Shown here piece by piece: positions 1 to 12,619 of a stretch of DNA of 64,000 bases. The first letter of the stretch is position 1. Each line of letters begins with the position of its first letter. The position numbers and the translations under genes were made by a program. The notes under the pieces are model-generated. The model did no database searches and had not been told where the DNA came from. It saw nothing but the letters and a program-made list of their open reading frames with translations. Origin of the DNA: Amphiscolops sp. MND2022 (Eukaryota); NCBI GenBank assembly GCA_964187785.1, contig OZ076409.1, positions 45,324,001-45,388,000 of the forward strand, written 5' to 3'.

Positions 1-190
1 GTTACAAAAGGGTACCCCTCCGATTTTTAGGATGTTTAGAGTTGATACAAAATCATTCGAAGCCAAGCATTCGTCTTATGCGTATCTCTTGGAATATTTT
101 TGGCACTAAAAAGTTCTTTTTGCATATTTGAAATACTTAACTTTTCTGAACCTTGAGCGGGGCGTCGACTTGGGCCGTTCCCGGCTTGTT
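1..190 (+). mobile_element. End of a non-autonomous HINE/DINE-1-like element
   Basis: Ends in ggcgtcgacttgggccgttcccggcttgtt (subterminal repeat, small hairpin, CTTGTT), the terminus shared with many copies in 3141-10688. Confidence 0.55.
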
Positions 191-399
191 AAAAATGAGT
201 CCTCAGAAGTTTCAGCATTTGCAAAAGTTCCAGTGTAAATATGTCTGTCATTCTTTAGTATCAAAGACGATTTTGGAGTATGGTATGAAAACCCAGATAA
301 ATTTTAAACTATGAATGTTTTCCAGAAAAAAAATCTCGGACGTATTTACTCCCAGTATTGAAACGAGTGACAACAGATCACAAACAACAATAGTCTTAC

Positions 400-3300
400 T
401 TTAATTCCAGCTGCCCACAATTCGGTACACAACTTGAGGCGATGCATGTGAAACTTCTTTTGAGCACTGGCCACTATGACCTGAGTTTCAGTTGTACGCA
501 TACTCTGGAAGCCCTGGCTCTTGGCTGCCGCTAACTCTTTCCTCTCGATGATGGACAGCAGGCGTTCAATGCCGATACTGACACCCACACAAGGTACCTG
601 GCATTAAAGCATTAAGTAATTCAAACGAGCAAATTGTGGCAGTAAATGGGCAGAAACAGTCCATCGGATGGTATGAAAGAACAATTCGTGACTTGAAATC
701 ATTGGTCATATGAAAGTTTCAAGAAATGTTACAGTAATTTGTAAATCCAGTCCTCCATAATTTTGGAGAGTACTGAAAGTTTTTGCGTTCTGGATAGAAC
801 AAAAGATGACGAGCAGCTGATGTCACAAAAGAAGAGTCTACTGAAAAATTTATGGTCTCCAGTAACAAGAGCAATTAACGTCGGCATGCCACCACTGCTG
901 CTGTAGAATTAGAGCACAACAGAACAACAATCTGGGCACTTGAAAGTCGGCACATCCATTAACAGGACCAACAATTAGAATCCCATTAAAGCAAGCAACT
1001 TTGGCTTTTCAACAAAAGCTATTTGTTGCAGCACAGCTTGATTAAAGACAGGAGAAATGCTTCGCATTAATACGACATTCCAATTGCTCATGAACAGAAT
1101 TTTTGGACGCTGCTAAGATTCTTATGAGCCAGAGGGTATAAGAGCTCTATAGAATTTACATTCTCGACACCCCTTATAAACTTGTGAATGACACTGAGCT
1201 GAACTGGGTAACTAAGTTGCTAGTACAACAACAGTAAACAGCATTCCACCGACCGCAAAGTAAAGTGGAACAAATTTCTGAGTAAAAGTGAAATTGACTC
1301 ACTAAAACCATTTTAAATGTCAAATTGTTGTTGTCTTGCTTTCATTCTACAACACAAAATTTCAACTTGGGTCACTAACACAGCAGACGGATATTTAGTT
1401 TGAACAATGAAACACAAGAGTGGCTTTTGGCTGCTATTCGGACTTGGCTATACATTAGATCAGAATGAAACAAAAAGATAATAAAAATCAATATGAAAGT
1501 CCTGACACTGACAAAATTCAAACAATTTAGTCGTTGCTCGCCGAATGACAAACGGAAAGAATTCATGACAAAAGCTGCATTAAAAGGAGTATCGGAAACT
1601 AACTATTCACATGGTTAAAAATTCATCGACAGGACCACTTTGCAAATTCACAAAAAAACAGTGTACCCAAAGAAGGTGCAAGTGATTAATCTAAAAAAGA
1701 ATAACATTCCCAGCACTTTAACTTGCTTAGCTGTAATTTCTCCTAGGATCAACAGTTGATACGGCTGAGATCCTCGACGTCTGCAGCGTTTAGTTGAATT
1801 GAATAAGATCGGATTTTTCGAAACTAATGGCTCCTCAAAGTTTGTATTTCCAATCGAGTACGACCTTTATCGATTCATATCAAAGAAACGACTCAGCAAT
1901 TAACCATTCAATGTCCAATAAAAAAAGCTGACGCGTGTTATCCATACTTGTTTGGTGGAAAACTGAAATACATAATTTCGACCTCTTACACTCATTTATA
2001 CTTACACTACAATCAATAAAATTAGCACAGAATTTCAAAAATGCCATGATTTCCACGTGAGGTATCGTAAAAAATCATCTGATGCATGTAGACAAATGGC
2101 TTCGGTTCAATCAGCATATTGAATATCTGGTTAAAATATTGAACAAATTTTGTGGACCAATTTATAGACACATGTTCCCACGAAATTGCCTACTGATGCT
2201 TTTTACGCTGTTACGCAAAATCTCTGAATATGGAATCATTGCTTATGGTGCAACGGCTAAAACCAACTTGAGCAGAATCGAAATGGCACAACGAAGAATA
2301 ATGAGAGCAATTTTCTTCAAGAAAAAAATTGACTCCAAAACAGATGTTTTGCGGGAAAAAGGGATTTAAACTGTATATGAATTATATTTCGCAGAGCTTT
2401 TGAAAGTTATTCAGACAACTTCGGTCTGGGCTAAAGCCCTTAATAACTATCTGCCGAAAAATTTTGAAAGTAATTCCACTGATACGAGAGGAAAGACTAA
2501 AGGATTACTCCCTTCGATTTACAGTAGAACATTAACCAGGAAAAAGTCACTTGCCAATGGATTACGAAAAGCCTACAATTGGCTTACTGGATTGAAACTG
2601 CTGCCCAAAAACTTGACTAGACCGCAAATAAGACAATATGTCCAAAACAATCTTGTACGTCGTTGACAATAGACATCTCTTTTCAATATATTATTAAAGA
2701 TTATTATTTTCCGACCCCACATTTTAAAAATGGGCGCGGAAAATCATGATATGTGACGCGTTTTTCTCTCCAAATTTTGCCAAATCTCCACCTTTTGATT
2801 ACTTGACTATTTTATATAGCTACTAAAATAGTCAAGTAACTAAAATAGCATACGGTGGGAATAATATCTAAAGTCAAAAAGGGAATAAGATCTAAAGGGA
2901 TTAAGATCTAAAATCACTAAATTTTAGATCTTATTCTTTAGATCCTATTTCCCCTCCCAAAATAGCTATGGCTCAGTTGGTGAAGGCGAACAGGGCGCAA
3001 AATATCCCGGTGCTTAGCGGGCGTCTTGTTTGATTTTGTTCCTTGATGGAAGCTTCCCAATAAGGTTTACAACTGAGCCACATTTGGTTCTTAAGTGTGG
3101 GAACTAGAAGAGCAATATTCCAGTTCACGCGGAAATAATAAACAAGACGGGAACGTCTAAAGTCGGCGCTATATCTAAGGCTCAAAAAGCGCAAAGTTTT
3201 TAAAATTGTAAAGGGGGACCTTTTGGGTGTTTTGAAAATCCAGTCTGTTGAAAAATATCAAAAAAGTGAAGGGGGACCCTTTGGAGACAACAAAAATTTC

Positions 3301-6300
3301 GAAAAGTCGCACAGTGCCGAAAAAAGTTAACGGGACCCTAAAGTCTCGTCCGGTTTTGTATCTCACGTTGAAAATGAAATGAATGAAAGGGGGACCCGTT
3401 GCACAATGCATATCATTATTATTCGGCGAGTATTTCCACTCTATTTCATATTTACGCTGCTTTCAAAAAGCGGATGAGAAAATCCGACTGTTATTTGCGG
3501 TTCTGGAGGTGGTGGCAAATTCAGCGTTAAGTTTTTATGAAAGATACCAACTTTGTGACCTTTGGCATCGAACATGCCCACCAGTTCATCATATCGACCA
3601 CCGCCTGCAACAGAGCCAACGGATCCCCCTGCTTCTTCACCCTCAGCAGCTTCAACGGGGGCAACGTTCTCCAGCAGAACTGCCTCGTAGATAATTCCAG
3701 TATAGTAGTCCAATCCTCGAGCGAGACTCAAGTCGAAAGAAACCTTAAATCAAATACTGTATACAATCTTGTGCTATTTGACTTTTTCAAGTAAAAAAAT
3801 AACAAACCTTGTCGGATATCTGTAGCACTTGGCAAAATTCAAGAACACTTTGCATGTCTTTCAACCCACCCACAGCATTTTTGTTGGCTTTCAAACTTTC
3901 GTCATTTAGAAGCTTTTCCACCAAATCCGTGTCACCTATATCAAGCAACTGGATCCCAGACATTTTCTAACATTTTAATGACACTAAGGCAAAGCTGACC
4001 AAAATGATCAAACTGCACTCATGAAAATGTTACTATAGCAACTTGCTACAAACGACATACTTTTGATTTCATAGAAACGACTCAACGAAGAGATAAACGG
4101 TGAAAAAAAGTAAATTCAAGCAAATAGTAAAAAACAGATCATATTACAGAATCACGATCACGGTCAACTAAAATTATACAGCAATGATCATTACACAGAG
4201 GAGAAGCGGTGCTTCGCAACACATGACGAAGACAACGATTATTTTAATATGCGTATATATATTATTTTAATCGCATGCGTATATATTCAACAGTTCAACT
4301 TTGTTCAATAACGTCCCTATGGCACATTGGTCAACACTTATGCCGTGCAATCGGGAGGCTGCAGGTTCGAATCTTTCTGGGGTTTTGGCTTTTATCTAAA
4401 AGGCGCTCATTATGAAGTTGACTATAGTGGAAAAAAAACTTACTTAGCTGGACTGCAATGCACATTGACTTCGTCATGTGCAATAAATAAAAGCATTCAA
4501 ATGGTAAGATGCATGAGGCCTGATTTTGTCAGTTAGAAAAGATTTCCACAAACTGAAAACAAAGATGTTACGAGGACTTTAGCCTGTCCTTCTGTAAGGC
4601 TATTTTTCGAAACAGGTGAAAAACGGTAAAAGCAAGAACGGCGAGGAATAAGTTTTAATTCAACCACTAAGGGAGCGAGCCGAGCGACATGCAAACAGAA
4701 CAGCATTTTGAGTTTTCAAAATCATCTTAAGGAATTCATTCTACGAGAAGCCTGATACTAAGGCCACTACTTTGGTTCTCAGCACTGAAGTAACACTGAA
4801 CAAGCCGGAAACGGCCCAAGTCGGTACCCCGCTCAATGTTCAAAGTTTTTTAAATATGCAAAAGAACACCATTGTTGAAATTTCATCGATTTTGCAGCGC
4901 CAAAAAACCGAAGGGACATGCAAAAGGCTCGAAAACTATTTTTCCCAACTGGAAACGGCAAAAAACCCATCTTGTGCAGAAAACACCAAAAACTAAAAAT
5001 TGAAGGGCGGTTTCGATAAAAACACTTAGAAAAAAGTCGCATAGTTCCGAAAAAACGCCGGTCTTAAAAACAAGAAACGCTATAATCTGGTATGGGTTGT
5101 GTCGTTATACCGGGTATACGTTATATCCGAAATCCGTTATATCCGGTTTGCGTTAATTCGGGTTTGCGCCAAAAAAAATTATATCCAAAAAAAGTTATAT
5201 CCGGTATACGTTATATCCGGAACTCGTTATAACCGGGTTTGCGCCAAAAAAATTCATAGGGGCCCTTTTGTAACATTGAAAAATTCTCCAAAAAACGTTA
5301 TATCAGTAATTCGTTATATCCGATTTGCGTCAAATCAGGTATGGGTTGTTAATGTCGAAGGGGACTCCTTAGCGCTTTTTACAGCTTTGAAAAATTCTCC
5401 AAGGAACGTTATATCCGGTATACGTTACAGCTTATAAAGCTTATAAAATCTTTCAATTCTCTGGTCTTAAAAAAGTCAGTGCTATAGTCTACGTTTTCTA
5501 CGAAAAGCGCCGTCTAAAAAATCATGGAAGAGTACGAAATAGAAATTCCAGGAGAAACGACGTTGATTTTTAAAGCCTATAAATTATCCTCTCACAACGC
5601 CTAAATTTTGAAACCTCCTGAACTGCGCTCAACTTTCTGCAGAAAGCGGATCTGACACAACCAAATGGTGTGAGCGAACGAATCAATTCAAGAGAAGCGT
5701 TAAGTTGAATTTCATGATCGAATTATTTTCATTTCATATGAACCATTAGAGGTTCACTGACCAAAGACTGAGCATTGAAAACAGGAAATACTTCATACCT
5801 TTTAATTGAACATATTCGCCAATTTTATCTGCCACTGATTCGTCTAAACCCTTTTCAGAGACCATTTCATGTTTAACACATTCCCATTCCATCTTGTCCA
5901 GTTTGTCAATTGCAGAACATATGGCGGTGAATTTCTCGGCTGGAACTCCGCAAATTGACAGTAATCCATCCAGCAACTTTCGGTGGTTCAACTTCACACA
6001 GAACTTGCCAACTTCCAGAGATTCTAAGATCTCGCATACTATTTTTATACATTCAGTGTCCGGTAAAAGACCTTCAAATTGTCCAGCAATGTCGAAGTCC
6101 TAATAAAAAAGAATCAATGATTTTACTGAGACACATAGTAAAGTGAGTAGTTTCTGCAAAGGAGTAGACAATTTGGACATTACACATTGGTAGAATTCGC
6201 GAAACCTTCCCCGGCTCAAAGCTGGTTGATCTCTGCGATACACTTTTCCGATGTGGTATCTCTTGATGGCTTTGATCTTCTTCATTGCACAATATCTAGC

Positions 6301-9300
6301 GAAGGGTACTGTAAGGTCATAGCGCAAGGCAAGCAGTTCCCCGCCCTGGTCAGCTAGTTCGTAGATGAGCTTGGAATCTTCTCCATATTTTCCTGTGAGC
6401 ACTTCCTAAAAGATGCATTGAAAAAAAAACAAAATATAACCATCGCCCCCATCATTTTGGATCAGATGCCAAAGCGAAATAGAGAAAAATAGTATTTATT
6501 TTTGGCACGTGTTTTCCAATTTATTTTTCAAATTGGAAAGCATGTAGTTTGATTTTTCCAGATTAGATAACTTATGAAAAGAGAGGATCTTAAAGTTTTC
6601 CAGCCTAGACCGACGAGAAAGCTAATTCAAGCTATTAATGTTAAATCATCAAAATGCACAAGGATTCTTTTGCAAAAGCACGATTTGTCTTAACGACAAG
6701 GAGCGTCTTTTTGCAGAAAGACCGCTCCAGTCCTGAGACTTAGGCGGCAGTGTGATAAATTGAAGCACAAATACGAGACATTACGTCCCAATTCACAACT
6801 ACTAAACAATGGACACTCTGAAGAGAGTCGCCAAAAAAGAGTCCCTATAGTAGAAAAGAATGCACCAACAACAATGGACACCGAAACAACCCAGGAACTC
6901 AGTGCCACCTTTAAGCGCAATAAGGAGGCACAGAGTGACTGCTTTTTTGAACTCAAAAAATACGTTCAAGAACTACCTACATACTCAAGAAATTCAAACA
7001 AGCCATGACCGGCCCAAGTCGCCGTCCGCTTAAGACTCGACAACAGCAACGTCTTTCAATTATGACAAGGAACAACTATTGTGAAACTTCTTATCAATCT
7101 TAAATTGCCAAAAAATGCCCAAAAGGACATAGATGAGACTCGAAAAGCGGGTTTTCTTAACCGAGATAGAAAGTTCAAACTTGTCGAGAAAAATTATCAT
7201 GAAATTTCTCCAAGAAAAAGTTGCATAGTGCAGAAAACCTCCCAATGGAAACCCATCAGGGTCACAAAACGCAATTGTGGCAATTACAGTGACAGCTGGG
7301 GAAAACCCATTAGTCGGCGCGTTTTTCTTCAAAGGAAAAAACACGACATTTACAGTGACTAGTTTTTTTCGTCAGACAACAGAATGTATGAGTAGTGGAC
7401 ACTTTTTACAGAACTACTAGACCGGCAACCGGAAACGCATCTAAGTTAGTCCAAAGGGTCCCTCCTTTTTAGTCGGCGCATTTTAGTAGCAAATGAGCCC
7501 GACTATTACCGTGGGTAGTTTTTTTTAGACGCGTAAGGTTCACTTTGTTCATTTGTCCAACAACGTCAAACCTCAACAACTCCAACCTCAGAAGCGCGTC
7601 CAAAACGAAAAGAAAAAACAAAACACGTCCAGAGCCTCGAAAACACACTAAAGATCCCCCATAGCCCCACTTTTTTCGGCACTATGAGAATTTTTGTAAC
7701 TTTTTGGATTGCACCAAAGGGTCCACCTTCATTTGTTTCGATATTTTGCAACACAATGGATGTCAAAAAATCGCAAAGGGTCCCCCCTTTTACATTTTTC
7801 GGCACTGTGACACTGTTCAAAAATCTCATTAAAAAAATTTTTTGGGAAATTTTTTTATGTCCCCAAAGGGTCCCCCCTTCAATTTTTTTTTATTTTTTGC
7901 AACCAGCTGGAGTTTCACAAAGCAGGAAGGGTCCTCACTTTTCAATTTTGAGCCTTAGATATGGCGCCGACTTTGGCCGTTCTCGGCTTGTTTTCAATTT
8001 TTAAAACTTTGCGCTTTTTGAGTCTTAGATATAGCGCCGAATTTAGACGTTCCCGTATTGATAGTCAGTGCTTTATGAAGTGAAACGCGACTATAATAGT
8101 GACCTGTTTAAATATTTTTTCAATCCACACGAACTGACCAAAATTTTTCTTCCAAAAGTTCGACAAATTTTCAAGGCACCAAATTGCAGCATTTGGCCCA
8201 ATGAACTGAACTATAATAGTTATTCCTTTTTTAATGGTAACATACCAAACCAGACGAAACGAAAAAGTCCCCCTTTCATTTCTTTCGACACTTGAGACTT
8301 TTTTCAAAAATTTTTAATGTCTCCAAAGGGTCCCTCTTCAACTATTTTGGTATTTTGCGAAAACTTTTGACGATACATCCGAAGTAAATTCAAACTTTAG
8401 ACCCAAAGGGGTTTTTCCGGTACTGTGGAAGAGAATACGCTTTGAAGAGACGCTTTGAAGTACCTGTGCTATTTTTGAGCCTTAAGCGGGGCGCCGACTT
8501 ATGCCATCACGGCTTGTTTCAAAAAAACGCAAGCGATTTTAAAAACAAATTTTAGAAAAACCGTGGTTTTAAAATTGACACTGGATAAATGGGTCATTGA
8601 TTAGAGGCAAAAACTTTTTACATAAAACCGAAGGCTCTGAATTCTTGAAATTGATTGTTTGCCAAAAAATCACGAGCTTCGATTGCGCTTCCCTTGAAAA
8701 GATGATATTTTTAGGGCTCGAGCACAACCATAACACCACAGAAATTGACTTTTTGGTCCTTCCTGTTCTTTTCAGGCGCTTCATTTTTTTCTCAAAATTC
8801 AGATTTCCCTAATAACAATATACCCGCAGGGGCACAGTATTATTTCTGCTTGATGCTTTCATGGTCAATGATAGGAGCATATCTGAAATAACTATACACT
8901 CCTGTTCAATCATTACATAGCGCACAATTATTCACTGTACCAGTTTGAACCGCCTTTAATTCTTCTCGGACTAAAGAAAATATAACTACTAAGCATATTC
9001 GAAGTTTCGCTTCCGCTTTAAATGCAGGCGACGCTCTCGGCGGACGAATAATTAACACTCATTCGCTTCATCAAGAAATCCGGCGTACGAATGCATAATT
9101 ACAACTCGCTCGCTTCATCGCACGAGAATTGAATTGTCGTCGGCTGAATCACGAACACTCTCGGATGAAAAAACTTCGCCTTTCGGTTTTCGCAGAAATA
9201 ATAAGACAGGAACGTCTAAAATCGGCGCTATATCTAAGGCTCAAGTAAAAGAGGAGGGACCCTTTGAGCTCTTGAAAATCCAGTTTGTCGCAAAATATCA

Positions 9301-11765
9301 AAAAAAATTGAAGGGGGATTAAGTACCCTTCGGAGACATTAAAAATGTTTCGAGAAAAAAGTCGCACAGTTCCGAAAAATTCAAAGGGGGACCCTATTTC
9401 GTCCGGTTTTGTATCTTACGTTAAAAATGGAGTAAATGAAAGAGTCGTGTACTAATTTATATGCGTTTGCCGGTCTAGTAGTTCTGTAAAAAGTATCAAC
9501 TACGCAGACATTGTTGTCTGACGAAAAAAACACTAGTAACCGTAATAGTCGGGCTTTTTTTCCTTTGCAGAAAAAGCCGCGGACTAAAAACAGACTCAAT
9601 TTAAATCAGTCTAGTGGTTGTTAACGTTGGATCAAGACAACGGCAGGAAAAATTGAGCGACGAATTGAGAAAAATTCAAGGAAACGACATTCAACAAAAA
9701 TTTCGGCCTTCAATACAGTAACTGGCTCGAAAACCCCAGTAGGTGATACATTCAAAAACACTATAGTGAAAATAGGCACATTATTATTCTGTTTTTAGGG
9801 TTTCATGTTCAATAATAGAAGCATAACTTGATCATTTATATAGCGCACAATTAATCACTGCCAGTTTACACCGCCTTCAATTCTTCTCGGACTAACATTA
9901 AATATAACGTACTCGCATTTGATTACAGGCGAAGCTCTCGGCGAACGAATAATCAACACTCGTTCGCTTCATCTCAAAAACTCGGCGAAAGCATTATTAC
10001 CACTCGCTCGTTCCATCGCACGAGAAACAAATTGTTGTCGGCAGCTTGAGAAATTTAAATCTCATGCTTATATTCACTACCGAACAAGATATCTGATTTT
10101 TTCAGTAGGCACTCGTTATCACGACAAAAATTGATCTGAAAAAAGTTCAATGACTCAGATTTTATTAATATTACTGCTTTCGCAGAAATAATAATAACAA
10201 GCCGGGAACGGCATAAGACGGCGCCATATCTAACGCTCAAAAATGCAAAAGGACATGAAAGTGTAAAAAAACTCAGTCAAACTAACAAAAAGAGCATCGA
10301 ACTCACGAAAAACCCAACGACGGAGCTGGCGCGCCAGGTTCCCGCTAGCGCGGGCCCCTGGCGCGCTAAAAGGGGATCCTTTGGGATTTTCAACATCCAT
10401 TCTGTCGCAAAACATCAAAAAATTGAAGGGGACCCTTTGGGGAAAATTTTTTTCCGAAAAAAGTCTCACAATGCCGAAAAAAACTGAAAGGGGGACCCTT
10501 TAGTCTCCCCCGGTATGTTACGCGGAAAAAGAGGAAAAACCTTTTTGGTTCAGTTTGCTAGGCCAAATGAGCCAATTTGGGACCATAAAATTGTGTAGAA
10601 CTTTTAAGAACTATTTTGGTCAGTTGTGTGGATTGAAAAAGAGTCACTATATTAGTCGCGTTTCACTTCATGAAGCGCCGACCAAAAACGAAACCATCTA
10701 CTGGAAAAACATTAGCGTGCAAAAACGACCTGGACAAGGATCATGAAATGGGAAACGAACCATCAAGTCAACTAGATCTTTTACGACTTACGTTTTGAGT
10801 GCAAGAAATAGATAAAAACTCCAACTTGGGAAATTTTTCTCGTCTCATAGATAATATTAGATTTACAATGCAATCAAAAATTTTCCATAAAACAATTCAG
10901 AAATAATTCGTATAAATTATTGGATATTTAAAGCGTTTTCTAGCCACATAAACTCAGCATGTTCCATATACCAAACGGGTAACTCTTGTTCACAATCAAC
11001 ATGGCTGTGGTTCCCCAAAGAGCGCTACCGATCATTACAGCAGCCATCATTTTCAAACATATGCTAACATACTTCAAAGAACAGGGATATTATACAAAAT
11101 GAACATTTGCTAACCTTCAATTCAAAAACTGGAGTATCAATACATTCAGCGCCGTGTTTCTTGAATACGTCAGTTATTTTGCTCATCACCTTTTCGCGAA
11201 TGACCATCTGATGCGGCTCTACATCACGGGTCCCCTAATTAGAGTTCATTTGAATTAGCAGTTTTGAAAACATCTTCAAACTTTCAAACGGTATAACTTT
11301 TTTTACCTTCGGCTGTTTCAATATTCTTTTGCGTCCAGATTTTTCAGCATCAGGATCCAACTGAGCTTTCAAAGCAAGCAACTTTGCAACTTCTTCGTCG
11401 ATCTAAGCGTAAACTGCAATAAGAACTCGAACAGTTGTCAATTTTCTTACTGTCAACTCTCAACTTTGTTGAAGGACTGGTACCTTAATTAGGTACTTAC
11501 GGCTCAAGAATCATTTGTATGTAAAGAAATGGGAGAAAAACCTGAGATGAAATCATTCGGCAAGACTCCTTGTAAAAATGACCCCTCCCATAATGCCGAA
11601 CCAAACATGACCGTAAAAGAAGGGTGGGTAACCTCAACCTCATAGGATCTGAAAAAAACATACCTGACTTTTATCTGCCTTGGATGCTTTGAGTGACTTC
11701 ACAATGTCACCTTGTTTTGCTATTTGCTCTGCTAAGGAATTGGACGAGGACAAATCATCAGCCAT
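400..11765 (-). CDS. HARS1: Histidyl-tRNA synthetase, spliced, 3'-incomplete. Coding exons (minus): 11664-11765, 11307-11402, 11115-11234, 6184-6405, 5799-6099, 3808-3935, 3552-3743, 400-597
   Basis: Exons join in frame at GT-AG boundaries: [39 protein letters not shown] (WHEP domain)..[80 protein letters not shown]..|..|[59 protein letters not shown]|. These are hallmark class II HisRS motifs; the rest of the anticodon-binding domain must lie before position 1. Confidence 0.97.
2040..2700 (+). pseudogene. 5'-truncated CR1/L2-group LINE ORF2 C-terminal fragment in a HisRS intron
   Basis: [56 protein letters not shown] resembles the post-RT region of CR1/L2-group LINEs; broken by stops and frameshifts. 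Confidence 0.7.
2858..2955. repeat. Short foldback (MITE-like) repeat built from gggaataagatctaaa units
   Basis: Three direct units (gggaataatatctaaa, gggaataagatctaaa, gggattaagatctaaa) followed by two inverted ones (tttagatcttattc, tttagatcctatttccc). The same unit recurs at ~26509-26537. Confidence 0.6.
2964..3075 (+). mobile_element. Internally deleted tRNA-derived SINE copy
   Basis: A-box-like tggctcagttgg followed by aaaatatcccggtgcttagcgggcgtctt..ttgatgga, colinear with the SINE at 22987-23192. Confidence 0.55.
3141..3400 (-). mobile_element. HINE/DINE-1-like element, partial
   Basis: aacaagacgggaacgtctaaagtcggcgctatatctaaggctcaaaa terminus plus aaggggggaccct core motifs shared with other copies. 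Confidence 0.55.
4313..4380 (+). mobile_element. tRNA-like SINE head or tRNA pseudogene
   Basis: A box tggcacattgg and B box ggttcgaatc at tRNA-like spacing; no intact acceptor stem. Confidence 0.5.
4799..5520 (-). mobile_element. HINE/DINE-1-like element containing an array of cgttatatccgg repeats (~5090-5430)
   Basis: aacaagccggaaacggcccaagtcgg at 4799 and the matching end ctatagtctacgttttctacgaaaagcgccgtctaaaaa at ~5482-5520; about ten copies of (c)gttatatccgg / cgttataaccgg in between. Confidence 0.55.
7467..8519 (+). mobile_element. Cluster of HINE/DINE-1-like elements (7467-7992, extra end 7993-8060, 8061-8519)
   Basis: Starts ttttagtcggcgc..cccgactattacc and tagtcagtgctttatgaagtgaaacgcgactataatag; ends ggcgccgactttggccgttctcggcttgtt and ggcgccgacttatgccatcacggcttgtt. 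Confidence 0.6.
8915..10045 (+). repeat. Diverged direct repeat of ~220 bp (about 8915-9145 and 9838-10045)
   Basis: Both copies read atagcgcacaatta.tcactg..ccgcctt.aattcttctcggactaa..actcgctcg...catcgcacgaga..aattgt.gtcggc. Confidence 0.7.
9201..9590 (-). mobile_element. HINE/DINE-1-like element
   Basis: aagacaggaacgtctaaaatcggcgctatatctaaggctc ... aatagtcgggc..gccgcggactaaaaa termini. Confidence 0.55.
10196..10688 (-). mobile_element. HINE/DINE-1-like element, apparently complete
   Basis: aacaagccgggaacggcataagacggcgccatatc at 10196 and attagtcgcgtttcacttcatgaagcgccgaccaaaaa at 10651-10687; inverted subterminal motif cggcgc/gcgccg. Confidence 0.6.
11542..11643 (-). CDS. Candidate alternative first coding exon of HisRS encoding a mitochondrial-targeting-like peptide
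   Basis: ATG at 11643 opens [34 protein letters not shown] (34 aa, Arg-rich, one acidic residue). It ends at CAG|gttttt in phase 0, compatible with exon 11307-11402, and is preceded by the acceptor tttttttcag at 11649-11658. Confidence 0.6.
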
Positions 11766-12619
11766 ATCTAGAAAACGAGACAATTACTAGCAACTTCATG
11801 CAGCATAAGCTTTCTTGGAATATCATTGATGGAGGTGGAAGAAACACTAAGTTCACTTTACTTATGTACATTTTTTAGTTAAAGGCTACACATCGTTTAG
11901 GGCGTGATCGCGTAGTTGAATAGAATTAGGACCGCAAGAAACACAAGGGAAGTAGAATATTTTCAGTTACCTTCGAGAATACACATGGAGTACTAGCGGG
12001 TGGCGAAATATTAGTAGACATCATACCGGGCTTTTAAACAATTAAAGCTAGGTATTGTATGTCGCATTGTTTGGCAGTCTAAAATGATAGGCCTACGGCC
12101 ATGTCTGAATCCATCTTTTAAAATATTCATATCCCTAACTTTTAAAGATTTAGCAAAACACTTTCACGGGCAGATTACTACTTCGCCGAAGTTTTCATAT
12201 AAGAGGACATATTTGATACTAGTATGTTTTACCATCTTTTGCGAACCGTTTTCTGTGATTTGGTGTTTCCACTTCTAAATTATTCATCCAATTGATGTTT
12301 TCTGGGACCATTTTCAACACCAAGGAGGCTCTTCACAGCATCTATTCCTTTACAACAGACAGACCCCCAGCATCTTCCATGGACAAAAAACCTTCACAGA
12401 TTTTTCTGGTTTACAGTGTGTATGGTCATTTTCTAATTTGATAAATTCCAGGAAATGACCAAAACATCGCAGGAGATAAAGACCACTGATTTAAATAATC
12501 TCACTTCAAAAATCACTCGGATAATCGTTTCATTAATAATGAATTTCATCAATTAAGGTACGCTTTCAACTCTTGAATTTCAGAATTACCATTTCATCAA
12601 TTATCATTAAGCATTTCAT

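Noticed and set aside
660..1900. Possible decayed coding sequence in the HisRS intron
   Set aside because: Some stretches look protein-like, but no motif could be assigned with confidence.
4313..4380. Possible tRNA-His gene inside the HisRS intron (gtg in the central loop)
   Set aside because: Acceptor and anticodon stems do not pair convincingly; best treated as a SINE head of uncertain tRNA origin.
5090..5430. CRISPR-like array of cgttatatccgg repeats
   Set aside because: Repeats are short and irregularly spaced, spacers are not unique, the context is a eukaryotic intron and there are no cas genes.
11491..11500. Strong donor gtaagt as the end of the alternative HisRS exon
   Set aside because: It would be phase 2 and put the next exon out of frame; only the donor after 11542 keeps the frame.
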